From an uncultured virus (IMG/VR IMGVR_UViG_3300037067_020960) (lineage: Duplodnaviria > Heunggongvirae > Uroviricota > Caudoviricetes), in IMG/VR virus record IMGVR_UViG_3300037067_020960: a stretch of 64,000 bases of DNA; one strand, given 5' to 3'. The notes below the pieces were generated by a model. That model was not told the origin of the DNA. It made no database searches and was given only the letters and a program-made list of their open reading frames with translations. Each line of letters starts with the position of its first letter. Within the stretch, counting starts at the first letter, position 1. The translations under genes were made by a program, and so were the position numbers. Shown here one piece after another: positions 37,884-48,324 of the stretch.

Positions 37884-40036
37884 TAAAATGAGTACACAGT
37901 TTCCTGACGAACCATTGGCGGAATTATATCCTCAATAGTTACATCTTTGATTAATTTCTTCAGTTCTTTCTGATCGATTTTTACTTCATCTGATTTTATT
38001 TCACAATTTTTTGGAGGATTTTTTACAAGCGAAAAATCCATCAGAACATTATTGGTTAGCTTATAACTTGAAGGCATTTCATTCATGATTTCTTTATCAA
38101 AATCAATCCCTAAACTTCCATCAATATATTCTCTTAGATGAATATGTTTTTTAAGATTTTCGAGAAATTCATAGACGTTAGGTTCAGTTTTTATAAAATC
38201 AATTTTTAATTCTTTTGTTTCAATTGTTGGTAGTTCTTCTAACTTTTTTCTTTTCTTTTTTGGTTTTTCTTTTTTAGCTGGTAATTCTGGATTATTTATC
38301 ACCGGAGGATTCGCCATATATTCGTCAATTATTTTGAATGCTTCTTCCAGATTTACATTTTTCTTTTCTTCTGGAGATACTTCATAAAAAACAGTATCAT
38401 CACATTTTAAATATTCTTTAATCTTTTCTTGTTCAAAAGTTCCTTTGTAAACCTTAGTGATCCATTCTTTATTACGAAATATTTCGTATTTATGAAGCGG
38501 TATTGGATAAGAATCCCATTGACCACCACAATTTTTACATCTTACTCTTGACGCATATGCCTTATCAGAAATAATTAACTTTCCACAAGATACACAACAA
38601 CGTGGTAATCCTCCATCAGGATAAGTCGGTGGTTGTTTCAAAGTGACTCCATCAACATAATTCAGTTCTTTGAACATCCTCAAATAAACATGTTTATTTC
38701 TAATCATTCTATCTTTATCATAGAGAGCTTGTTGTTCGAATTCATATTGACCAAGTTTGAAATTTTCAATAAGATCTTTCCATCCTGGTTGAACCATTTT
38801 CTCACGTTGTTGATTATAAAATATTTCCAAATCATCAATTAAGGTCACAGGATTTATTGACATAACAAAATCTCTATGTTCTTCAATAAATTCTCTTCGT
38901 TGCTGAGGAGTTTGTCTTTTTAATAGGTCGTATTTTTCTAAGGCATCCTGACGATTTTTGATTGTAAATTTTTCCGGAGTTCCAATTGATTTAGCCAAAT
39001 TTGCATCAATCAATACTGCAGTGTTTGAAGTCGTCGCTTCTGAATATCTTGTATTAATAACTCCCAATCTCTCAAATCCTTCACTTGCAATTACTACATG
39101 ACAAAGGCTATCATTATAAATTTCTTCACACATCATTTGAGGAATTGATCCGTTATATTTTATAAAGGGTAATCGTGATTTTAAAAAATCTATATCCCAA
39201 TTACCATACAAATCAACAGTAAGTTTCCCATCAGTATTGTAATATTGTTCAAATTTATTATACCGACCCTTTTGGGAGCCAATATAACAAAGCTCACGGG
39301 TTGGCTTATCCTTAATAGGAAATGAGCCAGGACGATGCCCAAGGAAGGCAGATGGCCACCACAAATAATCATAATTAATTTTATCATACATAGCACGATA
39401 CATTGAATTAGCTTCTTTAAACAATTTACCATTTTCTCCAACAAATTTTGCTTTTGAAAGAATGGCATATTGACATCCCTTAAGAATTTGTTCTGGAGTT
39501 CCAAATTTGAGATTCTTATAGAAAGAAGCTGAAAAGGCATATCCATTGATTCCAAAAAATAAATCTGGATCAGATTGATGATAAAATACAACACCTTCAT
39601 AATTTGCAAGCAATTCGTACGTTCTGAAAATATGAGATTCATCAATATATGAATTTCTGAACATCATATTAGTTGGACCATGTTCTACATAAACCAAATC
39701 AGTATTCTTTTCGATCAATTCTTCTGGTTTATATTTTATTTTCTTAAGAAATTCAAGACCTGCTGGAGGATTTTCAAGATATGAACGATAATCTTTTTTA
39801 ATCTCTGAATAAATCGTAACTTCCCATCCACGACGCACAACTTCGCGAAGAAATGCTAATCGTTCTTCGTGACCACCAGTAGTTTCCTTTGGATCATTCA
39901 TATCCAAGGCAATGCCAAGATTATATCTTAGATAAGCTAATTTCTTAATAGAATGTTTTAACCCACTAAGATCTTTCTTATGCTTAAGAAATTTTTCAGT
40001 GAGACCCAAATATTTTATGAAATCAGCCATTAACAA
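37883..40036 (-). CDS. GT-B glycosyltransferase, T4 beta-glucosyltransferase-like, with a C-terminal Zn-ribbon extension
   Basis: LCYIGS..GR; DLYGNW; YNGSIPQMM.EE...INTRYSEA.TSN.AVLID parallels the T4 BGT C-terminal domain as I recall it; CVSCG...CKNCG. Confidence 0.72.
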   Translation of the reverse strand: MLMADFIKYLGLTEKFLKHKKDLSGLKHSIKKLAYLRYNLGIALDMNDPKETTGGHEERLAFLREVVRRGWEVTIYSEIKKDYRSYLENPPAGLEFLKKIKYKPEELIEKNTDLVYVEHGPTNMMFRNSYIDESHIFRTYELLANYEGVVFYHQSDPDLFFGINGYAFSASFYKNLKFGTPEQILKGCQYAILSKAKFVGENGKLFKEANSMYRAMYDKINYDYLWWPSAFLGHRPGSFPIKDKPTRELCYIGSQKGRYNKFEQYYNTDGKLTVDLYGNWDIDFLKSRLPFIKYNGSIPQMMCEEIYNDSLCHVVIASEGFERLGVINTRYSEATTSNTAVLIDANLAKSIGTPEKFTIKNRQDALEKYDLLKRQTPQQRREFIEEHRDFVMSINPVTLIDDLEIFYNQQREKMVQPGWKDLIENFKLGQYEFEQQALYDKDRMIRNKHVYLRMFKELNYVDGVTLKQPPTYPDGGLPRCCVSCGKLIISDKAYASRVRCKNCGGQWDSYPIPLHKYEIFRNKEWITKVYKGTFEQEKIKEYLKCDDTVFYEVSPEEKKNVNLEEAFKIIDEYMANPPVINNPELPAKKEKPKKKRKKLEELPTIETKELKIDFIKTEPNVYEFLENLKKHIHLREYIDGSLGIDFDKEIMNEMPSSYKLTNNVLMDFSLVKNPPKNCEIKSDEVKIDQKELKKLIKDVTIEDIIPPMVRQETVYSF

Positions 40037-41010
40037 AACTCCAAATGGGAATTATCCATCATTTCTAACATTTGTTTATTATAAATATGCCAACGACAAT
40101 CAAACACATTACATTCTTTCTTATTTATACCTTGAATCGCTTCTTTGTGACGTTGTGATCCCCAAATTTTTTTAAACCCAGATTTAAAAGCATTACCTAT
40201 TTTATGAGAATCTTCACGAAAATTGTAATAACAACAAAGATAAACATCGCCATAAACATCAATCATTGTATGAATTGGTGATAGCCAACAATCACAAGTT
40301 AATTCTGTATGATTAATATTCCCATAAACATTTCCATATTGTTTTTTATATTGATCAATAATTATTTGAGTATCTGGAGAAACTGGATGGGTAGTTGGTT
40401 TTTCAGATTTAATATGAATATAATCCGCACCCTGCGTGTAACATTTTTCTATAATTGACCCTAATTTTTTTTCATTTAAACTATTAACCAAAATTTTTGT
40501 TCCCACATAACATTTGCTGCCGATTTCTTTTTTAATATCAGCAAGCATTCTGATATTTTCCCATTTAATTTCATTATCAATAGAAATCCTAACATAAGAT
40601 GCAGTTTTTAAAATTTCAATCCCACGATTACGATCAATTGCATCTCCATTGGTAAACATCCCAAATTTCAATTTAAATACTCTAATAATTTCTAAAAGTC
40701 TTTCAAATTGTGGATGCATTGTGGGTTCACCACCTCCGCAAAATTCAACCGCTTCTAATCCCATATTTTTTAATTCTTTTAATAAATTATGATAAGATTG
40801 AATATTGATAAATGGACTTTTAATATTTTCTTTTTCCCATTCACCATTATACATATCCCAATCCTTGTAATGGCAACCTAAACAATGATGATTGCAAGCA
40901 TAACTAGGATAAATCAAAGCCATTCTTGGATTTGGAAATTTGCCCTGTTGAATTAATTTTGCTTCATTATAATATGTCAGTATTTTATTCGCTATAAATG
41001 GATTACTCAT
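40030..41010 (-). CDS. Radical SAM/SPASM enzyme
   Basis: CNHHCLGC (CxxxCxxC); GGGEP; TNG; RISID; C...IDVYGDVYLCC...IGN...W...C. Confidence 0.92.
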   Translation of the reverse strand: MSNPFIANKILTYYNEAKLIQQGKFPNPRMALIYPSYACNHHCLGCHYKDWDMYNGEWEKENIKSPFINIQSYHNLLKELKNMGLEAVEFCGGGEPTMHPQFERLLEIIRVFKLKFGMFTNGDAIDRNRGIEILKTASYVRISIDNEIKWENIRMLADIKKEIGSKCYVGTKILVNSLNEKKLGSIIEKCYTQGADYIHIKSEKPTTHPVSPDTQIIIDQYKKQYGNVYGNINHTELTCDCWLSPIHTMIDVYGDVYLCCYYNFREDSHKIGNAFKSGFKKIWGSQRHKEAIQGINKKECNVFDCRWHIYNKQMLEMMDNSHLEFC

Positions 41011-41081
41011 TAAAACTCCTTTTTATTGACTATACCGTAAAAAAGAATTTTAATCGAAATTATTTTGAAGAATTTAAAAAT

Positions 41082-41114
41082 AAAAAAAGCGATAAGATTG
41101 TATCTTATCGCTTT
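41082..41114 (-). terminator. Intrinsic terminator
   Basis: AAAGCGATAAGAT / ATCTTATCGCTTT stem ending in a T7 run on the minus strand, just after the stop at 41130. Confidence 0.8.
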
Positions 41115-41129
41115 AATGAAATGAAGAAA

Positions 41130-42158
41130 TTATCCCATACAAACAAGAACAAAATCATTTAAAACTTTGATTAAATTCAAACCAGCTTTTTTAAGAATTT
41201 TTTTACTTTCTGAAGTTGTAACATCCACTTTTTTACCAATTTCTTTTTCAATAAATCCCATGAGTTGTATTGTATCAAATGGTTTATTAAAAGCGAATTG
41301 AGTTGAAAAATGTGTAATCGCCCAAGATTCTTTTTCTTTAGCTTTATCATAAGGATTCTTTGGTCTAATATCATCAGAGATTTTTTTAATCGAAATTTCT
41401 TCATCTATGACATTAAAGAGAATTCCTCCCATTGCAACAACACCTAAAGACCAAGAAGATTTAACAGGAAATTCTCTATTTTCTTTGTAAAGCTCTTTGT
41501 ATAAATCACAAGCTTGTTTTGTTAAATCTTTAATTAACACTTTTTTTCCAATGTTATTTTTATAAATTTCAAATAACACATAATTATATTTATCAGAACT
41601 TTTTCCATTTTGTTTATAAGGATTAATAATGCCGGAAGAATCTACAGGAACAGAAATTTCTTTTGATTTAATTTCTTCTTTTTTAGCAGGTTTCTCAGCT
41701 CGTATTTTCATTTTCTGCTTCATTTCTGTGATTTCTGGTTCTTCATCATCATTATCATCTTTTTCATCTTCTAAATCTTCTACTTCTGAAGCTTCCATAT
41801 TAATAATTTTCGTAGTATCAACTTTTGGTGGTTCAATTTTCTTTTCTTCTTTTTTAATTGGATCTTTTGAGAGAACCTGATCAAAAATTTCTTTACATTT
41901 TTTTGTAGTATTGCATATTTTACAATCTTCCGAAGCATCAGAAATTAATCCTATACAATCTGGACTTTTTTGTTCCACTTTTTCTTTTTGATATTTCATT
42001 ACATGAAAGAATAGTCTATCTTTTTGTTGTTTTGTAAGATTACCAATGGTAAATCCTTGTGCTGATAAATGTTGATTAAGAACATTTTCATCTAAATCTT
42101 GAATTCTTTTCCACATTTCTTCCGCAGTCAACGTTAAAAGGCTCGCTAGTGAAGACAT
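41130..42158 (-). CDS. Hypothetical protein with a Cys cluster and acidic linker
   Basis: 342 aa; C....D...CKIC....C; own CGGTAT promoter and terminator. Confidence 0.7.
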   Translation of the reverse strand: MSSLASLLTLTAEEMWKRIQDLDENVLNQHLSAQGFTIGNLTKQQKDRLFFHVMKYQKEKVEQKSPDCIGLISDASEDCKICNTTKKCKEIFDQVLSKDPIKKEEKKIEPPKVDTTKIINMEASEVEDLEDEKDDNDDEEPEITEMKQKMKIRAEKPAKKEEIKSKEISVPVDSSGIINPYKQNGKSSDKYNYVLFEIYKNNIGKKVLIKDLTKQACDLYKELYKENREFPVKSSWSLGVVAMGGILFNVIDEEISIKKISDDIRPKNPYDKAKEKESWAITHFSTQFAFNKPFDTIQLMGFIEKEIGKKVDVTTSESKKILKKAGLNLIKVLNDFVLVCMG

Positions 42159-42228
42159 TTGATATCTCCTATATTTAATTTTTTAATTACATTACATTAT
42201 AATACCGTAAAAATCTAATAATGAAAAG

Positions 42229-42966
42229 TTATTTTAAACAAATATTTTTAAAAGCTTTATATTCCTTTTTTATGCTTGAATATTTATCAACATTAAAATT
42301 TACAATATTCATATTGAATTTAAATGTAAGAAGATGTTTTTCATAGAATTTTATTATTAATTCCCTAAATTTATCACCTTTATTTTCATATCTAGCATTT
42401 TCAAGAGTTGATTTATCTTTTTTCATCCATTTAGGATAAAGACCTTCGCTATAAAAATAAATCACTTTATCAACAGGTAAATCTCCCCATGCTGCTTCTT
42501 CAAGTATTTCAACCAATTTTAATTTTTTAAGATTTGAGTCTTTTTTAGTTGAATCATCAAATATTTGATCTATCTTCGTAAGGCTATATTTCATAAACAT
42601 TAAATCCGGATTACATTTATCTTGTTCAGCTATATCAGCACTCATATAAGCTAAAGCTGACAAATAAAAACGATCAAGAATCACATTCTTTTTTTGCTTA
42701 AATATTAAATCGTAAAGTTTTCTATAATGAAAACAATGAGACCAATTATGAAGCATTTGATTTTCGAAAGCTGTGCATTTGAATTCACTTTTTGCTAATT
42801 TTCTCACAAAAGCAGTGATTGGTGTAGAATCATCTGGTTGATGTTGATAAATCCACTCAGGAAACTCTGCTGTCAAACGATTTGTCATTTCAGATTTACC
42901 CAAATGATCCACACCCTCAATTACAATTAATTTGCCTCTATTTTTCTTCATCGGAAAACTCCTCAA
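42229..42966 (-). CDS. tmk: Thymidylate/dNMP kinase
   Basis: LIVIEGVDHLGKS (P-loop); ILDRFYLSALAY. Confidence 0.85.
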   Translation of the reverse strand: MRSFPMKKNRGKLIVIEGVDHLGKSEMTNRLTAEFPEWIYQHQPDDSTPITAFVRKLAKSEFKCTAFENQMLHNWSHCFHYRKLYDLIFKQKKNVILDRFYLSALAYMSADIAEQDKCNPDLMFMKYSLTKIDQIFDDSTKKDSNLKKLKLVEILEEAAWGDLPVDKVIYFYSEGLYPKWMKKDKSTLENARYENKGDKFRELIIKFYEKHLLTFKFNMNIVNFNVDKYSSIKKEYKAFKNICLK

Positions 42967-43279
42967 AAATTTCTGCTACTTTTTCGTCTTGTATTTCTTC
43001 GTAATTTTTATCAAATGTTTTTTCACTACATATAAGTATTTCGCCATTACTTTTTTTAATTATCCAGTCGCCAAATTCCACAGATAAAACTTCTTGTTTG
43101 GCACGCACATGAATATGAAGCCTATGATAATCTCCATCTACTTTTTGCAGGAGATAATTTGGTCCCAAAAATTTCAAAATAAAATGCATATTTGCCCCTG
43201 CCCACATATATGCTTCAACAACTTCTTCAGTTACGACTTTTGCTTCTTCTAATATTATTTTTGTTTTAAATTTTGGCAT
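42938..43279 (-). CDS. Conserved small phage protein
   Basis: VEAYMW.G.N...GDWIIK..NGE...C...F..NYE pattern, common in phages. Confidence 0.65.
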   Translation of the reverse strand: MPKFKTKIILEEAKVVTEEVVEAYMWAGANMHFILKFLGPNYLLQKVDGDYHRLHIHVRAKQEVLSVEFGDWIIKKSNGEILICSEKTFDKNYEEIQDEKVAEIFEEFSDEEK

Positions 43280-43287
43280 TTCAACTC

Positions 43288-43935
43288 TTAGTGTGCATTT
43301 TTTTTATCCCAGACTCGTTCTTCACCAAATCTTATTTCCCATTCTTGAACCTTTTCATCAAAAAATGAAAAAATAATTTTTAATCCTTCTATCTTTAAAA
43401 ATTTTTCTTTATTCAGGTAATTATATCCCGTCCAAAAAGGATGAATAAATTCTATATTACCTGTATCTATTTCAATAATAGATTTTCCAACTAATTGAAG
43501 CATATCGGCAATTGTTAAAATTATTCCTTCTATTGATTCAGGATCTTTATATTTACACACTTCATCAGATAATTCTTCTTTAAAAAACATTTTTTTATAA
43601 AAGTGTTCTTGATTATATTTAAAAGAAACTTTTTCATAAAGTTTTTTAAATTCTTTATCGAAATTTTTAAAATGATGATTTAAATCAGATCCTAATACTT
43701 CTTCAATATCATGAAATATTGCATTTGTTAATAATTTACTTAAATTTACAGGGTGATTATTTTGCATTTCTATTTGAGCCAAAACCCAACACACCATTGC
43801 AACCTGATGACAATGTTGTGAAATACTTTCAGGAAATAATTGATGCATCCCAGTGAAACGAATTACATTAATCATTTTAACTGGAGTGCCAGTTATAAAC
43901 TCAATCATAGTGTTTTTTATTATTTCATTTTCCAT
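43288..43935 (-). CDS. HD-domain 5'-deoxynucleotide phosphohydrolase (YfbR/DatZ-like)
   Basis: VIRF...ESISQH...AIFHDIEE..GSD..H.FK...ADML. Confidence 0.85.
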   Translation of the reverse strand: MENEIIKNTMIEFITGTPVKMINVIRFTGMHQLFPESISQHCHQVAMVCWVLAQIEMQNNHPVNLSKLLTNAIFHDIEEVLGSDLNHHFKNFDKEFKKLYEKVSFKYNQEHFYKKMFFKEELSDEVCKYKDPESIEGIILTIADMLQLVGKSIIEIDTGNIEFIHPFWTGYNYLNKEKFLKIEGLKIIFSFFDEKVQEWEIRFGEERVWDKKNAH

Positions 43936-43949
43936 AGAGTTTTAATACC

Positions 43950-44954
43950 CTAAAAGAGTTCTCTTTTTCTTGATAAAGTTTTTCTTTTTTCTATAAGTTC
44001 GTTTAAATAGTTTTTATCAATATTTCCCGGATCTATATCTTCATCTTCTTTTCTAATTTCTATATATGACACTGGATATCCTTCTTTGCCCAATCTTGTT
44101 GTCATTTCATATGATTCATTTTTCGTATTATAATCAAAAAATGTAATAATCTCTTTAAAATTTTTTTTTCTATAAAATCTAAGTATGTTTTGAATCTGAA
44201 CACTTTTAAATTTGATTCCAAAAACACCCAACACACTAAATCCATTTAAATAAGTTCCAATAACATCAAATGGACCTTCCACGACAAATAATTGTTCTGA
44301 AATTTTAGGAAGCCATAAGCCATATAATAATTCCTTGTTAAAAGATTCATAAGGATTGTAATATCTTGGAAATTCATTTGGATATTTTTTTGCCAAATTA
44401 TCATCAATAATTCTGCCCACCCAACTAATTTGTTTACTTTCTTCATCATAAATTGGAAGAATAATGTATTTATTTAATTCAGGAGAAAAACAAGGATTAA
44501 AAACTTTTATATTTTCATAAGAAAATCCTCTATTCAAAAGATATTTTGGATAATTGTCTTTTATAATTGGTGAAATAATATTTGGCAATTTCACTCCCGG
44601 TTCTTTCTTTTCTTTTTTGATTAAAAAATCCCCTCTATCATGACGAATAAAACCACCTGTACCAACAAGATGAGATTTTGCTTCAAGATAATTTATCCCT
44701 TCTAATATGGAATAAAATTTTATAAAATCATGACCACGAAGCGAACAAGGTTCTCCATTATTTTCAATACCAAAACAATAAAATTTAAATTTTCCTGTTC
44801 GTTCATCATAATTAATTGATAAACTAGGAGTATTTTTCCGATGAACATGTTCGGGATTTTTGCAAACAATTAATTTTCTAATAACACTCCCATTTGCAAC
44901 AATCCCTAATGCTTCAAGATATTCACGAATAGAAATGTTATAATCATTAGTCAT
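43950..44954 (-). CDS. DNA primase (Zn finger + TOPRIM)
   Basis: C...H....PSLS...FYCFG...C; YL..RG; ILPI; GR; VVEGPFD. Confidence 0.9.
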   Translation of the reverse strand: MTNDYNISIREYLEALGIVANGSVIRKLIVCKNPEHVHRKNTPSLSINYDERTGKFKFYCFGIENNGEPCSLRGHDFIKFYSILEGINYLEAKSHLVGTGGFIRHDRGDFLIKKEKKEPGVKLPNIISPIIKDNYPKYLLNRGFSYENIKVFNPCFSPELNKYIILPIYDEESKQISWVGRIIDDNLAKKYPNEFPRYYNPYESFNKELLYGLWLPKISEQLFVVEGPFDVIGTYLNGFSVLGVFGIKFKSVQIQNILRFYRKKNFKEIITFFDYNTKNESYEMTTRLGKEGYPVSYIEIRKEDEDIDPGNIDKNYLNELIEKRKTLSRKRELF

Positions 44955-44955
44955 T

Positions 44956-46389
44956 TTAATTGATCAATTCTGGATCTAAATCGCCCTTCCACAAAAATTT
45001 ATTATTAAACTTATTAATCATCATATGTTCATAAGCACTTTCAAGAAATATATGATTACTATCAGAAGAAGCATCATCACGAGCTATAGATGGTGTAAGA
45101 CGTAAAATATTATTACGTTTTTCATCTTTATTCTGATTAATAAATACAAGATTATCCAATGCAGGAATTACATTATAACCGCCCGCAATATCTTCAACTG
45201 AAACATCTTTTAAATCTCTTTGAGTTCCTTCACCTTCTTTTTGCCAAGCTCCTCTATTTGTTTGTAATGCGGTCCAAATTGCCAAAGCATTTTTTTGATA
45301 TTTATCATATCCATATTCTGTAGCAAGTTCTTTTAATTCCCAAATAATTTGTTCATGAATTTTCCAATCTTGAATACCTTTTTCCATTGTTAATTTCGAT
45401 GATGCAAAAATTTGAGCATAATCAAGAGCCATCAAATCAATTTTCGAACCATATTTTTCATAAAGAATTCTTAAAAGATTTTTTAAATCAATGCAATTTG
45501 TTTTATTCTGCATCCCTTTAAAAATCCAAAGTTTATTCATCTTGTTTTCATAACAACTCATGCGTTTCATAATTACATTTTCTTGATCTGAAGAAAAATC
45601 CCATCTTTGAAGTTTTTTATAATTAACATAACCTGCTCTGGAATATAATCTATTAAGAACTTGAAATTCTGAATTTTCTAATATAACTATTAACACATCT
45701 CTTCCTAATTCGTATGCACCAAAAGCCAAATTTGCTAAGATAATTGATTTACCAACTTTTGTTCTACCAAGAAAAGAATTTACTGTACCCTTTCTTGTAG
45801 GAATCCAATTGTCTAATTCATCAATTCCTGTGCGAATAATTTCTCCATTTGATGCCTTATGATCTCTAAAATCTTTTCGTTCCTGAGCCCAATTTTTAAA
45901 TTCTTTACCAAAATCAACCACTTTAATAGTTGACATATTACTAATCATTGTAGATGCCATTTTTTGTAAATCCTCAAGCCCATTTATCCATCCCTGCACA
46001 TTATCTCTTTCAGAATGTTTATCATTCAAATTCTTTAATTCATCAATGATTAAATCAACTGTAACATGCTTTATGCAAGTTTCTACAGCATTTTCATCTG
46101 GCTCATTTTTATCAGCATACAATATTTCGATATGATCAAGAATCTCTCCTGCTTCTGATTCAGATTTTAATTTCTTATAAATCTCTCCCTTTAACAAATG
46201 AGGTTCAATTAAAGTATGATTATCTTGAAAATAGGAATAAACAATTTCAAGAATTATGCTATTATGTTTGCTAAATGCTCTTGCAGGAATTGTTCTGTAA
46301 TGATTAGCAAGAAATTCAACATCTTTAATTAATTTCTTAACTAATTCATATTGAAATTCTTTATATTGTTGTGTATTTAAATCATTCAC
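44956..46389 (-). CDS. DnaB-like replicative helicase
   Basis: TGIDELD; GRTKVGKS; ILE; LDYAQI; WTALQTNR. Confidence 0.9.
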   Translation of the reverse strand: MNDLNTQQYKEFQYELVKKLIKDVEFLANHYRTIPARAFSKHNSIILEIVYSYFQDNHTLIEPHLLKGEIYKKLKSESEAGEILDHIEILYADKNEPDENAVETCIKHVTVDLIIDELKNLNDKHSERDNVQGWINGLEDLQKMASTMISNMSTIKVVDFGKEFKNWAQERKDFRDHKASNGEIIRTGIDELDNWIPTRKGTVNSFLGRTKVGKSIILANLAFGAYELGRDVLIVILENSEFQVLNRLYSRAGYVNYKKLQRWDFSSDQENVIMKRMSCYENKMNKLWIFKGMQNKTNCIDLKNLLRILYEKYGSKIDLMALDYAQIFASSKLTMEKGIQDWKIHEQIIWELKELATEYGYDKYQKNALAIWTALQTNRGAWQKEGEGTQRDLKDVSVEDIAGGYNVIPALDNLVFINQNKDEKRNNILRLTPSIARDDASSDSNHIFLESAYEHMMINKFNNKFLWKGDLDPELIN

Positions 46390-47311
46390 TCTTTTTCTTT
46401 CTCAGAATTACATCCCATTTTTCACCTTCATAATTAGGTCGAACATCGCCTTTATCTTCTTTAAAATGCAAAAATTTATATTTTCCGATAAATTTAGGTT
46501 CATTATTTATTTTATTAATACATTTTCCACATTGATGATCTTTCTCTTTACACATAGAAATTTCATCAATATTTTTATGAAGCACAATAGGACAATTTTC
46601 TTTTTGAAATAATTTACATTTTGTATGAACACATTCTAAAGAAATTTTTACACCTAAAATGGATTTAATTGAATCTGAAAGTTTATCAGCAATTTCATTA
46701 ATTCCAATATTAGAAGTAATGATTGTAATAAAATTAGCATTAGATCTGGTTCGAAATAATTGATCATAAATAGAATAATATTGATTTTTTGCCGCCACAC
46801 TTGTATCCACAGAAAATGATTCTCTCCCAAAATCATCAATTACTAAAATTGTCGATTCACAAGCGTATTCGAAATCAATTTTATTCTTATAATAAGAATT
46901 AAATAAATCAAAACCTGTAGCAAACCAATAAGTAACATCAGTTCTTCTAGAAGAAGGCAATGCATAATGATAAGCAATATCTTCAACTAATTTTATAGCA
47001 GATGTTGTTTTTCCAACACCGTTTACTCCGTAACAAAATAATCCTAATCCAACATTTAGGCAATAATCAATATTTTCTTTGAAAGATTCTATTATCATTT
47101 TATCATCGTCATCAACAAATTCAAATGCTTTTTCTCGTTCAACCATTAAATGATTTAATGGAAAATTTCCATCTAATAACAATTTTTGTGCTGCTCTAAA
47201 TTTATATATGCAATCACAAGGGGTGTTTGTGGATAAATTTAATTCTTTACATCCATTTTTACAACCTTTTAAAATATGATTTTTTAATAATTTTATCTGA
47301 GTATCATTCAC
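46382..47311 (-). CDS. DnaC/IstB-like helicase loader ATPase
   Basis: N-terminal Cys cluster; GLFCYGVNGVGKT; LVIDDFGRE; TIITSN. Confidence 0.85.
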   Translation of the reverse strand: MNDTQIKLLKNHILKGCKNGCKELNLSTNTPCDCIYKFRAAQKLLLDGNFPLNHLMVEREKAFEFVDDDDKMIIESFKENIDYCLNVGLGLFCYGVNGVGKTTSAIKLVEDIAYHYALPSSRRTDVTYWFATGFDLFNSYYKNKIDFEYACESTILVIDDFGRESFSVDTSVAAKNQYYSIYDQLFRTRSNANFITIITSNIGINEIADKLSDSIKSILGVKISLECVHTKCKLFQKENCPIVLHKNIDEISMCKEKDHQCGKCINKINNEPKFIGKYKFLHFKEDKGDVRPNYEGEKWDVILRKKKSE

Positions 47312-47316
47312 ACAAA

Positions 47317-48324
47317 TTACTCCATTTCAAAAATAAAAAAATCAAATGTTTTTTTTGTATTTTTAATAAATTTTCCACAAGTCTTATAAGATCCGTCTGG
47401 ATAAATCACATCGATATCTAAAATATTATGTTGAGGTGTAAATGCGCGAGGAAATTTATATTCATTGACTTTGTAACCAGTAGTAGAAAATCTGATGTTA
47501 TTTTTAAACCCAAAATGTTGAATTAAATCTTCAAAAGTTTTTATTTCAGCTTTTCTTGTGTTTAATGACGTAGTTTTTAAAAATTCTCTTAATTGTCTTT
47601 CTGTTGGAACAATTTTATTTGATAAAATAAAACCATAAGTTGTTCCTATTTTATTTTTGTCAACATAATTGAAATATTTATCTAAATATTTTTCCCATAT
47701 TCTAAAGTATTCTTCCAAATTATCTAAATTCAATTTATCAAACATTTCAAAGTGGTGAATAATATTTTGCAATTTCTGTATATCATATTCAATTTTAAGA
47801 AATATTGCTCTATCCGGATTAAATGTTTTATTGTAAATAGTTAAAAAATAAAAAATTTCATCAAGCACAACAACTTCTTCAGATGTGACTAAATTTATTG
47901 CAATCTCTCTAATTTCTTTTTTTAAAATACGATCAAAAATTTCTTTTATATTTGCTCTTTTTTCATAAGGACTCCAAAATAAAAAAGAAAATTTAAAAAA
48001 TTTGTCTAATGGGATTTGATATTCTCCTAATTCTTTATGTAATTTGTAAAGCATTTTAGCATATTTATTTGTAAATTTATCAAGTGAAAATTGCAATCTG
48101 AGCGTATTCATTTGAGCAGATCTGATAATAATTCGTTGTTGTTTAATCATATCTTCCAAAATTTTCGTGAATTGGCTTTTCAAAACATAAACAATTTGAT
48201 CCAATCTTTGTTGTTCAAGAATTTTTCGATCTAAAGCTCTTTTTGAAACTTTCGGTATCTTGTGAGGTTTTCGCCTAATTTTAAATAGGGGGATTATAAA
48301 TGGCTTTCGTTTAATTCTTATCAT
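47317..48324 (-). CDS. Hypothetical protein in the replication operon
   Basis: 335 aa; basic N-terminus; ATGA overlap. Confidence 0.65.
   Translation of the reverse strand: MIRIKRKPFIIPLFKIRRKPHKIPKVSKRALDRKILEQQRLDQIVYVLKSQFTKILEDMIKQQRIIIRSAQMNTLRLQFSLDKFTNKYAKMLYKLHKELGEYQIPLDKFFKFSFLFWSPYEKRANIKEIFDRILKKEIREIAINLVTSEEVVVLDEIFYFLTIYNKTFNPDRAIFLKIEYDIQKLQNIIHHFEMFDKLNLDNLEEYFRIWEKYLDKYFNYVDKNKIGTTYGFILSNKIVPTERQLREFLKTTSLNTRKAEIKTFEDLIQHFGFKNNIRFSTTGYKVNEYKFPRAFTPQHNILDIDVIYPDGSYKTCGKFIKNTKKTFDFFIFEME

Noticed and set aside
43288..43935. 2-aminoadenine (Z-genome) pathway inferred from the DatZ-like HD protein
   Set aside because: No PurZ or MazZ in the window, and the neighbours point to glycosylation instead; cannot be excluded for the rest of the genome
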